Origin: Anaerolineae bacterium
Lineage (GTDB): Bacteria; Chloroflexota; Anaerolineae; UBA1429
Direction: 5' to 3'
Assembly (NCBI GenBank): GCA_963675785.1
Contig: OY776562.1
Span: forward strand, 1,760,001 to 1,824,000
Length of the DNA: 64,000 nt
Position numbers and translations under genes: made by a program. Below the pieces are notes generated by a model, which was given only the letters and a program-made list of their open reading frames with translations, was not told the origin of the DNA and did no database searches. Below, piece after piece: positions 29,529-38,341 of this stretch (position 1 is the first letter of the stretch; every line of letters starts with the position of its first letter).

Positions 29529-31396
29529 GCGCAGAAAATAACCGTACCCCTAGTGGCCCAGGGCCGCAGCGCAGATTCGGCGGCATAGGTGGTGGCCACA
29601 TGATGATGCCGGGCGAAAAGGCCCGTGACTTTCGCGGCACCATGATCAAACTGATTCGTTACTTGGGGGGACACCGCATCCCCATCATTATCGCGTTAGT
29701 CTTTGCCGCCGTTTCTACGGCCTTCTCTATCGTCGGCCCCAAGATCCTGGGCAGTGCGACAACAGAACTATTCCAGGGTGTAATGGCCCAACTTGCCGGA
29801 ACCGGCACAATTAACTATGACGCCATTGGTCGAATCCTGCTCACTACCCTTGGCCTCTATTTGGTATCGAGTGGATTTGGCTATGCCCAAGGCTGGATCA
29901 TGTCCAGCATCTCTGCCAAAATCACCTATCGACTGCGCAAAGACATCTTTGCTAAAATCGACCGTATGCCCTTCAAGTATTTTGATGGCACCAACCATGG
30001 CGAAATACTCTCTCATATCACCAACGATGTCGATACCGTCAGTCAAACCCTGAACCAGAGCCTTTCGCAGATCATCACTTCATTAGCCACCCTAATTGGC
30101 GTGCTAATCATGATGTTCACCATCAACTGGCTGATGAGTATTGTGGTGCTGTTCATTGTGCCGCTCTCTCTGTTGCTCATCACCCAAATCATCAAACGCT
30201 CGCAAAAGTACTTTGCTCAACAGCAAGACTACCTTGGCCATGTCAATGGCTATGTCGAAGAAATGTACGGCGCCCATGATGTAGTCAAGGCTTTCAATGG
30301 CGAAGAGCGCAACGTCGCCGAGTTCACTGAATACAACAATGTACTCCACGATTCAGCCTGGAAGTCTCAGTTCCTTTCCGGCATGATGATGCCGGTGATG
30401 AGCTTTGTCGGCAACCTTGGTTATGTGATTGTGACCATCTTGGGTGGTTATCTGGCAGCGCGCGGCACCATCAATGTGGGCGATATCCAGGCGTTTATCC
30501 AGTACGTGCGTTCCTTCAACCAACCCATTGCTCAGTTAGGCAGCATCTCTAACGTCCTTCAGCAAACTGCCGCTGCAGCCGAACGTGTCTTCACCTTCCT
30601 CGAGCAAGAGGAAGAAGTGCCCGACACCACTACCCCCGTCAAGCTCGACGAGATAGAAGGCTGGGTTCAGTTTGATCACGTTCAGTTCGGATACAATCCC
30701 GATAACGTCGTCATCAAAGACTTTTCCACAGTCGCCAAGCCGGGCCAAAAAATCGCCATCGTCGGTCCCACTGGTGCTGGCAAAACCACCCTCGTCAAGC
30801 TGCTCATGCGCTTTTACGATCCGCTCGACGGCGCCATCTTGCTGGAGCATCACGACATTCGCGATATGACCCGCGGCGATCTTCGCCAGATGTTCGGCAT
30901 GGTATTGCAGGATACTTGGCTGTTCAACGGCACCATCATGGACAACATCCGCTACGGGCGCCCAGAGGCCTCGGAGGAAGAGGTCATTCGCGCTGGCCAG
31001 GCGGCACACATCGATCACTTTGTGCGCACCCTGCCAGATGGCTACAACACCATGCTCAATGAGGAAACCACCAACATCTCTGAAGGGGAAAAGCAGCTCA
31101 TTACCATCGCCCGTGCCATCTTGATCGATCCCAAATTGCTGATCCTGGACGAGGCCACCAGCTCGGTGGATACTCGTACAGAGATTCTCATTCAGCAAGC
31201 GATGGACAATCTGATGCACGGACGTACCAGTTTTATCATTGCTCACCGGCTTTCCACCATCCGCAATGCCGATCTCATTTTAGTAATCCGCGATGGGGAT
31301 ATCGTTGAACAGGGCACGCACGACGAGCTTTTGGCGCAAGGTACTTTTTACGCCGAACTCTATAACAGCCAGTTCGAGGCTGCGGCAGCAAGCTAA
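29525..31396 (+). CDS. ABC exporter half-transporter (TM288-like subunit)
   Basis: ATGA overlap. GPTGAGKTT, degenerate signature ISEGE, ILDEATS, AHRLST. Confidence 0.93.
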   Translation: MSAENNRTPSGPGPQRRFGGIGGGHMMMPGEKARDFRGTMIKLIRYLGGHRIPIIIALVFAAVSTAFSIVGPKILGSATTELFQGVMAQLAGTGTINYDAIGRILLTTLGLYLVSSGFGYAQGWIMSSISAKITYRLRKDIFAKIDRMPFKYFDGTNHGEILSHITNDVDTVSQTLNQSLSQIITSLATLIGVLIMMFTINWLMSIVVLFIVPLSLLLITQIIKRSQKYFAQQQDYLGHVNGYVEEMYGAHDVVKAFNGEERNVAEFTEYNNVLHDSAWKSQFLSGMMMPVMSFVGNLGYVIVTILGGYLAARGTINVGDIQAFIQYVRSFNQPIAQLGSISNVLQQTAAAAERVFTFLEQEEEVPDTTTPVKLDEIEGWVQFDHVQFGYNPDNVVIKDFSTVAKPGQKIAIVGPTGAGKTTLVKLLMRFYDPLDGAILLEHHDIRDMTRGDLRQMFGMVLQDTWLFNGTIMDNIRYGRPEASEEEVIRAGQAAHIDHFVRTLPDGYNTMLNEETTNISEGEKQLITIARAILIDPKLLILDEATSSVDTRTEILIQQAMDNLMHGRTSFIIAHRLSTIRNADLILVIRDGDIVEQGTHDELLAQGTFYAELYNSQFEAAAAS

Positions 31397-31423
31397 GACC
31401 AAAGCCAGTCTGTTCTTAAAAGG

Positions 31424-31463
31424 AAAGGGCCGCTACCCAGATTGGGTAGCGACCCTTGTGTTT
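31424..31463. terminator. Intrinsic terminator
   Basis: aagggccgctaccca / tgggtagcgaccctt stem, then a T-rich tail. Confidence 0.75.
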
Positions 31464-31588
31464 ATTACGAGTTTATAGACGCTGCTAGGCGTGTGCCAAA
31501 CAAAGACTATAGGGCAAGTTCAGCAGCCCTTTTCCTTCTTAAGGCTCCAATAGCAGGAAAATAAAAACACACTACAAATATGACAAAA

Positions 31589-32065
31589 TCAACCGTCATT
31601 GACCCGAGAAGAAGGCGAATCGAGCGTAAAACAAGGAATACTCTTGTGCGTTGCCGCACGCTCTACCAATGGGCCGCGAGCGGCCATATCGAAAGCTAAG
31701 TTGCTGCCACGAATAACCAACAGACGCTCGATACCCTGTAAGCCAAAGGCCCGAAAAGCCGAGTCAGCGAGTTCGACGCAGCCCCCCTGTAACCAGGTTT
31801 GCAGGCAAAAATGCTGTTTGTAGCGAGCTATGCGTCCACTATGGGCAACGGCTGCATTGGCAATACCATAGAGATAAGAGCCGCGCAGCAATTCGGGGGT
31901 CGAGACCGAAAAGCCCCCCGATGTTCGACTCGTCGAAAGAAGAATGATCAGCGCCCCATCGACAAGCCCATACTCATCGCAAGCCTCAGGTGGGAGAGGC
32001 ACCCTATTGCCCGCAATCATCGCCCAGCCAAACACATACTTTCCACCTGGCGATAGTTGGGGCAT
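31589..32065 (-). CDS. Hypothetical protein (possible duplicated AbrB-like swapped-hairpin fold)
   Basis: GGAGG RBS. Two halves resemble AbrB repeats (RVPLPPEACDEYGL; CVELADSAFRAFGL). Confidence 0.65.
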   Translation of the reverse strand: MPQLSPGGKYVFGWAMIAGNRVPLPPEACDEYGLVDGALIILLSTSRTSGGFSVSTPELLRGSYLYGIANAAVAHSGRIARYKQHFCLQTWLQGGCVELADSAFRAFGLQGIERLLVIRGSNLAFDMAARGPLVERAATHKSIPCFTLDSPSSRVNDG

Positions 32066-32085
32066 TAGGGTACCTCCTTTTCCCT

Positions 32086-32574
32086 TTACTGCTGGGGCAA
32101 ACGAATATCCTTGATTCGGCCGCTTCTTGTCTCTAGCCAGCCAGTGTGTTCAGCATCACGATTGTCGATATCGGGGACATATGGTTTTATGTCAAGCAAC
32201 GGTGTGCCATCCAACATATCCACATCCTCGACATAGAGCGTGCAGCCCTCGACCTTGATCAGTTTGACCAAGGAAAGACCAATGGGATTGGGACGGTTAG
32301 GCGTGCGCGTGGCAAAAAGCCCGTGGCCCTTGTCATCCATCGGCGGATGGACTTCCATAATCGGCTTGGTTGCCCGATCCAGATAGAAAAGGAAATAGAT
32401 ATAAGAAAAACCCTCTAGATCCTTGAGGCCCTCCTTGTACTCGGGCAGAATCTCGACCACGCCTTTGCCCCCCTTTCCCGCAATGGGTTGGATGGGCATA
32501 CCGGCTTTGGTGGTGTACTCTGTGTGTATAGTGCCAATCGGGTGAAAGATGATATCCATACGTTTTCCGTTCAT
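32086..32574 (-). CDS. tsaA: tRNA m6t6A37 methyltransferase TrmO (TsaA) family
   Basis: Motifs PIGTIHT, GLKDLEGFS, GLFATRTPNRPNPIGLS, DMLDGTPLLDIKPY. Confidence 0.9.
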   Translation of the reverse strand: MNGKRMDIIFHPIGTIHTEYTTKAGMPIQPIAGKGGKGVVEILPEYKEGLKDLEGFSYIYFLFYLDRATKPIMEVHPPMDDKGHGLFATRTPNRPNPIGLSLVKLIKVEGCTLYVEDVDMLDGTPLLDIKPYVPDIDNRDAEHTGWLETRSGRIKDIRLPQQ

Positions 32575-32700
32575 ACTGTAAGCAATTCAATCTGCAACGA
32601 CAGACTTGTCTCTACCGATAGTAGGATATGTCTCGCCACACTCTACCCATAGATAAAAGAGTCGTCAAGGTGTTGCGCGTACTTTTTGTAGGTAGACATG

Positions 32701-32734
32701 AAAAAGGCCCTGGCAACAATGCCAGGGCCTTTTT
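32701..32734. terminator. Intrinsic terminator
   Basis: aaaaaggccctggca / tgccagggccttttt. Confidence 0.85.
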
Positions 32735-32741
32735 AGAACTC

Positions 32742-33503
32742 CTATTCTTTGGCCAAGGTATGCCGTGCATACCAACTCATGGCCTCAGCCATGAAATCGG
32801 CCAAGCCCGTTGCGTAACGATCGTAATACGCTCGAAAACGCTCATCGCTGGCATAGCCCTGGCCCAATCCCTCGTACGAGGCAGCAGTGGGCGTCCAGAA
32901 ATGCTCCAGCCAGACGCAATGCCGGGCAATCAAAGCCTGCACCCGTTCATCCGAAGGCGCCAAGTCCATCATCTCTGCCAATTCGCGGTTAATGGCATCG
33001 CCTTCATCCTGCAAAGCCTTCCATTCCCCCTTGGACATATTACGCACCCGCCTGTTACTCTCTGCCACAATCTGCGGATCGTATAGCGCTCTGGCCTCGC
33101 GCTCATACTGCTCGGCCTGCTCCGGGGTCAATCCCTCATAGAGTTCTTTATCCGTCAAGGGCATCTCATCCTCCGTCAATTGCTCAATTGTTCGCTCGAC
33201 TGTCTCAAGGAGGCGCTGCAAGCGCTCGATGCGAGCGCTCAAGTGCTGGCGATGCTCACCAAGCGCCGTCAGTGGATCGAACCCGGGGTCATCCAGCAAC
33301 CGCTGGATATCCGCCAAGGGCACATCCATCTCGCGATAGAGGAGTATCTGCTGCAAACGCAGCAAATCCGATTGCTGATACAAACGATAGCCCGCCGCGG
33401 TACGGGTCTGCGGCACCAGCAAGCCAATCTGATCATAGTGGTGAAGCGTGCGCACGCTCACCCCGGCCAGTTGGGCCAGTTCGCTCACAGTATACTCTCT
33501 CAT
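32742..33503 (-). CDS. MerR family regulator with C-terminal TipAS antibiotic-recognition domain (TipA/Mta-like)
   Basis: GGAGG RBS and ATG 33503. AGVSVRTLHHYDQIGLL..AGYRLY; C-terminal GLGQGYASDERFRAYYD. Confidence 0.92.
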   Translation of the reverse strand: MREYTVSELAQLAGVSVRTLHHYDQIGLLVPQTRTAAGYRLYQQSDLLRLQQILLYREMDVPLADIQRLLDDPGFDPLTALGEHRQHLSARIERLQRLLETVERTIEQLTEDEMPLTDKELYEGLTPEQAEQYEREARALYDPQIVAESNRRVRNMSKGEWKALQDEGDAINRELAEMMDLAPSDERVQALIARHCVWLEHFWTPTAASYEGLGQGYASDERFRAYYDRYATGLADFMAEAMSWYARHTLAKE

Positions 33504-33519
33504 TGCCACCTCCACAGAG

Positions 33520-33550
33520 AGTATAAACCCTAACGTAACGTCAGAGTCAA
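33520..33550 (-). promoter_or_regulatory. MerR-type 19-bp-spacer promoter with internal dyad operator
   Basis: Minus strand TTGACT-ctgacgttacgttagggtt(19 bp)-TATACT, with the dyad CTGACGT-T-ACGTTAG. Confidence 0.85.
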
Positions 33551-33556
33551 GTAGCC

Positions 33557-33592
33557 AAAAAAGAGAGGGCACGCCTGCGCGCACCCTCTCTC
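33557..33592 (-). terminator. Intrinsic terminator after the GUS operon
   Basis: gagaggg ... ccctctc stem followed by a T run on the minus strand. Confidence 0.65.
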
Positions 33593-33601
33593 GCTAGACC
33601 G

Positions 33602-35728
33602 TTACATCCCTAGCAATGAACCCAGAATACTGCCGTCGCCCTTGAGTTGGAAGGCGCTGTTCATGCCCAACACCGTAACAGGCGTCTCACCAGTAATTAC
33701 GGCCGCCAGGTCGCAAAAGCGGATGACGACGGTGGTATCGGCAGCTGGCGTAGATTCGTTCACAGGGACGACACCAGCTTGGCCGGTGGCAAACTGGTAA
33801 ACGCCCTCGGCGCCGAAATCAAAGCGCAGCGTACACCCGGAGGGCACGCCCCCCGCACTCAGCTTGGCGGTGATGCCGCTCAGCAGTGCCTCAGGGCCAG
33901 CCGCAACGAGACTGGCAGTGCTGGGTCCACTAACCTCCTGCTTGGCGGGAGCCATGTTCTTTTCGTCGGGTTTCTTCCAACGCTCGCGCAGAAAATGCGC
34001 CGCCATCTTGGGCTCGCGCAAACGGGTGAACACGCCCTTGCGATTAAACCCGCCTACCCGCATAACGCCTTGCCCCGTGCGAAAATCAGCAAAGTTCCAG
34101 GGGTGCAGGCCCACCGCATAGTCGCGTGATTCGGCTACATCCTGATACACGCGCAGCACCTCAACCTGATTCTCTTCCTGGAACATGACGGTCGGTTCGC
34201 CATGCATACCGTTCACCGTATCAGCACCATATTCGCTGATGAGGATGGGCTTGCCCAGGCGCCCGTGGAGATAATCCAGCTCTTGCGCCAAGAACTCGGC
34301 GGCCTTGTCCATATCGTCGCCGATAACGTACCAGCCCCAGTAGCGGTTGATGCAGCAAATATCGGAGAGCTCCAACCACTCGACTGGGCCGGCCATGACG
34401 CCGATCATGGTATGCAGACGGGTGGGATCCAGGGCCTGGCACTGGGCGAACTGACGCTTGAAATACGCAGTCCCCTTGGCCGTAGCGGCACCGCCATCAT
34501 CTTTGCCCAACATACCCCCGGAACCCATAGGCTCGTTGGCCACACTCCAGCAGAACACGGCGGGATGGTTCTTGTCGCGTGAAATGAGCTCACGCAGAGC
34601 ACGTTCGGCCTGGGCGTCGCGAGAGGCAATGGCCTCATCGCTATCCCCCCACTGCATCCCCACGGCGGGAATCTCATCGATGACCAGAATACCGCGTCGG
34701 TCAGCGATCTGCATAGCCTCTTCAGAGTAGGGGTAGTGGCTGGTACGATAACTGTTGGCACCCACCCATTCGAACAGGTCGGCATCGCGGATGATTTGCG
34801 GCGGGTTGAGGCCGCGCCCCAAGATGGGCGAATCCTCGTGCTTGCCAAAGCCGCGCAACAGCAGCGGCTCGCCGTTCAAGAGGATATCGTCGCCCTCCAC
34901 CGCGATGGTGCGAATGCCCACCTCCAGCGTATAGCTATCGCTCTCGCCCAAGGTAACATCCAGTGTGTACAGATAAGGGTCGTCCGGCGACCAGAACCAG
35001 GCGTCGGGGATGCGCAGTGCCAGCTCGGCATGACCATCTACGGTCTCGGCGCTCGCTGAAACATCGTCAATGGACGCTGTCACAAGGCCCTCAGCCAAAG
35101 TATCCACCAACACAGTCACCAGGCCGTCGTCGCCAGCAATGACAGTGCGCACGGTCACATCCTCAATACGACTCTGCGGCGTGCACACCAGGCGCACACT
35201 GCGGTTCAGGCCCGAGTAGGGAAAGAAATCGAAATGGGTGCCCAAACCTGATAGGCCGCCAAAAGCCGTCATGTTTCGCTTGGTGGGATCGGGTTTTTCT
35301 CCAGGGGGCACGCGCATCACGGAAAGCGCGGCATCCACCAGGATGGCGATGTGGTTTTCCGCGCCATAAACCAACACCGCGCTCAGGTCGATCTCAAAGG
35401 GCAGATGGCCGCCCTCATGCTCGCCAAGGCGTTGGCCGTTCACCCACACGGAGGCCAAATAGTTGGCTGAATCGACGCGCAAGGTCACGTGCTGGCCCTG
35501 CCAGGCCGCTGGCACAAAGGTATCGAGAGCGTACCAGGCCCAATCCAAATAGTCGCGGGCATCATCATAAAGGTCGTTCCAACTGGCTGGCACGACGATA
35601 TCGCGCGCGGCGGGCAAAGCCTTGAACCAGCTCTCGTCGACGCCGACATGCTCGGGGTCCATTTGCCAGTGCCACCAACCATCCAGAGAGATGAACTGAC
35701 GCTGTGCGTTACGTACAGGATACAACAT
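33602..35728 (-). CDS. uidA: Beta-glucuronidase (GH2) with C-terminal SCP2-like domain
   Basis: MLYP start, HEGGHLPF, FDFFPYSGL, GFGKHED, ANSYRTSHYPY, WSVANEP, SEYGAD, NRKG (NxK). An extra ~100-aa C-terminal domain follows. Confidence 0.9.
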   Translation of the reverse strand: MLYPVRNAQRQFISLDGWWHWQMDPEHVGVDESWFKALPAARDIVVPASWNDLYDDARDYLDWAWYALDTFVPAAWQGQHVTLRVDSANYLASVWVNGQRLGEHEGGHLPFEIDLSAVLVYGAENHIAILVDAALSVMRVPPGEKPDPTKRNMTAFGGLSGLGTHFDFFPYSGLNRSVRLVCTPQSRIEDVTVRTVIAGDDGLVTVLVDTLAEGLVTASIDDVSASAETVDGHAELALRIPDAWFWSPDDPYLYTLDVTLGESDSYTLEVGIRTIAVEGDDILLNGEPLLLRGFGKHEDSPILGRGLNPPQIIRDADLFEWVGANSYRTSHYPYSEEAMQIADRRGILVIDEIPAVGMQWGDSDEAIASRDAQAERALRELISRDKNHPAVFCWSVANEPMGSGGMLGKDDGGAATAKGTAYFKRQFAQCQALDPTRLHTMIGVMAGPVEWLELSDICCINRYWGWYVIGDDMDKAAEFLAQELDYLHGRLGKPILISEYGADTVNGMHGEPTVMFQEENQVEVLRVYQDVAESRDYAVGLHPWNFADFRTGQGVMRVGGFNRKGVFTRLREPKMAAHFLRERWKKPDEKNMAPAKQEVSGPSTASLVAAGPEALLSGITAKLSAGGVPSGCTLRFDFGAEGVYQFATGQAGVVPVNESTPAADTTVVIRFCDLAAVITGETPVTVLGMNSAFQLKGDGSILGSLLGM

Positions 35729-35731
35729 GTT

Positions 35732-37510
35732 CTATTCCTCCTCGCCCTTCCAGGCACGGCGTAGCGTATGTGCCGCCATTTTGGGCTCGCGTAGCCTGGT
35801 AAACACGCCCTTGCGGTTCTCTCCCCCCACGCGAAGAATACTGCCCCGGGTGGCGAAATCGGCAAAACACCAATTGTGAAAGCCCACCATATAGGGTCGT
35901 TCTGCGATCACCGCCATAGCCATCTCGATCATGGCCGATTGATACTCTTCGGTGAACATCTCGGGATTGGTGGCGTGGTAACCCGCCACGGTATCGGCGC
36001 CAAATTCGGTCAGCATCACCGGCTTGCCAAAGGCACCGCACTTGTCCAAAGCCGCGCCCAGAGCCCCACGAGCCGCGGCCAAATCGCCAGACTGGGAATA
36101 CCAGCCCGGGTACTGGTTGGTGCAGACAATGTCCGCGGTCTCGAACCAGCTATCGGGGGTACGATCTCCCAGGGCCACAAAGAGGGCCAGTCGGCTGGCA
36201 TCCAGCTGGTGGGCAAGGTCGATCATGCCCCGGAAATACTCTGTTCCGCGGTCTATAGCATCCTGTGGTGGCTTTTGCGGCCCCCCACCACCGAGGAACA
36301 TCCCTGCCACGGATCCTGCCACCACAGGTTCATTGGCTACGCTCCAGGCGATAACCGAAGGGTGGTTTTTGTCGCGCATGACCAGCTCACATAATGCCCG
36401 GCTGCATTGTTTTGAGCGCTTGGCCACCAGCTCAGCATCACCAAAATCAAGGCCCACAGCGGGGATCTCGTCAATGATCAGATAGCCACGGCGATCGGCC
36501 ATGTCCATCCAATCTTCGGAATAGGGATAGTGGCTAGTGCGGTAGCTGTTGGCGCCCACCCAATCATAGAGTTCGGCATCGCGCAACACCACGGCACGAT
36601 TAAGGCCGCGACCGTTAAAGGGGAAATCCTCATGCTTACCGAATCCCTTGAGAAACACCGGCTGGCCATTGAGCAGCAGCTTGTCGCCCTGTACCGCCAC
36701 AGTGCGAATGCCGACGTTGAGACTATAGGCATCCACAGTGCCCAATGAAACCGTTAGTTTGTAGAGATAGGGGTCCTCGGGCGACCAGAAGCGAGCCTCG
36801 GGGATGCGCAGGGTCAGATCGATAGAGCCATCATCGCCTGTCGCAGAAGCCGATATACCAGCCATCTCGGCCGTTACCGACTCAAAACTCTCGGCCAATA
36901 CGTTGATGTGTACCAGGCCGTCGGCACCGTCGATATCAGTGGTGACCGTCACATCCTCGATGCCCCAGAAAGGCTGCGAGACAAACTGCACCGAGCGATG
37001 TAGGCCCGAATAGGGGTAGAAATCAAAAGCACCGCTAGGTTTGGTGCCGCCCATCATGATGTTACCACCCTGCCTGCCAGGGGGAACACGGTCGGGCAGC
37101 AGTTCGGCGTCCACCAAAATGGTCAGGGTGTTGGATTCTCCGGGGCGGGCGATGCCGGTCACATCCAAGGCAAAGGGCAGGTGGCCTCCTTCGTGATGGC
37201 CCACACGCTCGCCATTCAGCCAGACCGTGGCGGCATAGTTTGCTGAGCCTACCCGCAAGTAGATACGGTTACTGCCTTGCTGCCAATAAGAAGGCAAAGT
37301 GGTCTCGGTTTGGTACCACCCCAGGCCAAAGAACTCGGCCAGATCGGCATACTGGGTGTTCCAGCTAGCGGGAACGGCTATGGGACGAGGATCAGGCAGT
37401 GAGCTAAACCAAGCCTCCTCCTCCCCTACCTTGTCCGGGTCGGGCTGAAAATCCCAAAACCCGTCCAAGGTCGTCATATCGCGATACTTGTTGCGGACCG
37501 GATAGAGCAT
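35732..37510 (-). CDS. uidA: Beta-glucuronidase (GH2)
   Basis: Same GUS motifs, including NEP, TEFGAD and NRKG. Start at 37510 or 37513, overlapping or abutting the upstream stop. Confidence 0.92.
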   Translation of the reverse strand: MLYPVRNKYRDMTTLDGFWDFQPDPDKVGEEEAWFSSLPDPRPIAVPASWNTQYADLAEFFGLGWYQTETTLPSYWQQGSNRIYLRVGSANYAATVWLNGERVGHHEGGHLPFALDVTGIARPGESNTLTILVDAELLPDRVPPGRQGGNIMMGGTKPSGAFDFYPYSGLHRSVQFVSQPFWGIEDVTVTTDIDGADGLVHINVLAESFESVTAEMAGISASATGDDGSIDLTLRIPEARFWSPEDPYLYKLTVSLGTVDAYSLNVGIRTVAVQGDKLLLNGQPVFLKGFGKHEDFPFNGRGLNRAVVLRDAELYDWVGANSYRTSHYPYSEDWMDMADRRGYLIIDEIPAVGLDFGDAELVAKRSKQCSRALCELVMRDKNHPSVIAWSVANEPVVAGSVAGMFLGGGGPQKPPQDAIDRGTEYFRGMIDLAHQLDASRLALFVALGDRTPDSWFETADIVCTNQYPGWYSQSGDLAAARGALGAALDKCGAFGKPVMLTEFGADTVAGYHATNPEMFTEEYQSAMIEMAMAVIAERPYMVGFHNWCFADFATRGSILRVGGENRKGVFTRLREPKMAAHTLRRAWKGEEE

Positions 37511-38181
37511 CATTCTTCTCCTCTACTGTGGGGTAATGGACGCAAAAAGCGGTACACGGCGGTCATCTTTTCGGCAAGCAAGGCCTGGTCATCAGCGTTG
37601 AGGTTCTGCATAATGGTGGTGGATTGTTCCATGTGGCGCACCAATTCCCTGCACCACTCTTCATCATCCGCAAAACGCTCCAGCAGCAGCCCCAGGGCAA
37701 TAGCGTTAAAGAAGGCTAATTTGTGGGGCTTGGGTTCGACATCTGCAGGACCTATGAACGCATCAAGGTGAAAGCGCCCACGGCTTTCGGGTAGGCGCTC
37801 CAGGATAACGCTGTGAAGCTCAAGGGCAAAGCGCATCTCGTGGGAAAGGCCGCGACCCTGCTCGTCTACAGCTATCTCAGTACGCATGCTCAACTGCTGA
37901 CGCAGGTCGCTACGCCAGGCAGCCACAACTTCGGGGGGAAGGGTGGCGTCCGTCGGTTCAAAGAGGCGCAAAGCACGGCCAGGGCCGCTACGCTCGGGGT
38001 CACGCCAATAGACTGAGCGAACCTGTCCCTTTTCCTCCAGCACACGGAGCATATCATAAGCAGCAAAGGAACTCATATCCATGCGCTCAGCCAGCAGGCT
38101 GTAATGAAAGGGCCCGCCCTGCTCAGCGTAGAGCGCTTGAATCACGGCCAGGACATCCGCTTGATGGTTGGTAAGAGACAT
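37510..38181 (-). CDS. Putative winged-helix transcriptional regulator heading the GUS operon
   Basis: AAGGAGG RBS. N-terminal LTNHQADVL..HYSLLAERMDMSSFAAYDMLRVLEEKGQV wHTH-like segment. Confidence 0.7.
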   Translation of the reverse strand: MSLTNHQADVLAVIQALYAEQGGPFHYSLLAERMDMSSFAAYDMLRVLEEKGQVRSVYWRDPERSGPGRALRLFEPTDATLPPEVVAAWRSDLRQQLSMRTEIAVDEQGRGLSHEMRFALELHSVILERLPESRGRFHLDAFIGPADVEPKPHKLAFFNAIALGLLLERFADDEEWCRELVRHMEQSTTIMQNLNADDQALLAEKMTAVYRFLRPLPHSRGEE

Positions 38182-38196
38182 TGTCGCCTCCTTGAA

Positions 38197-38232
38197 TTAC
38201 CTAAATTATAGCCTATATTTTGGTAAAATCAA
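38197..38232 (-). promoter_or_regulatory. Promoter with overlapping inverted repeat (probable operator)
   Basis: Minus strand TTGATT-16-TATAAT. Dyad TTACCTAAA..TATAG-C-CTATA..TTTTGGTAA at 38197-38226. Confidence 0.6.
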
Positions 38233-38341
38233 GGCAAAAGAAAAAGGCAGATACTAGCCTGCCAGTTTTATCTCTATATCCATACGCATCATGATGCCGC
38301 CAGAAGGGCTATTCGCACATCTGCCTGTAAGTTCATAGCCA

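Noticed and set aside
27291-31396. Degenerate ABC motifs as a sign of pseudogenisation
   Set aside because: The complementary degenerate site is the normal TM287/288-type asymmetry.
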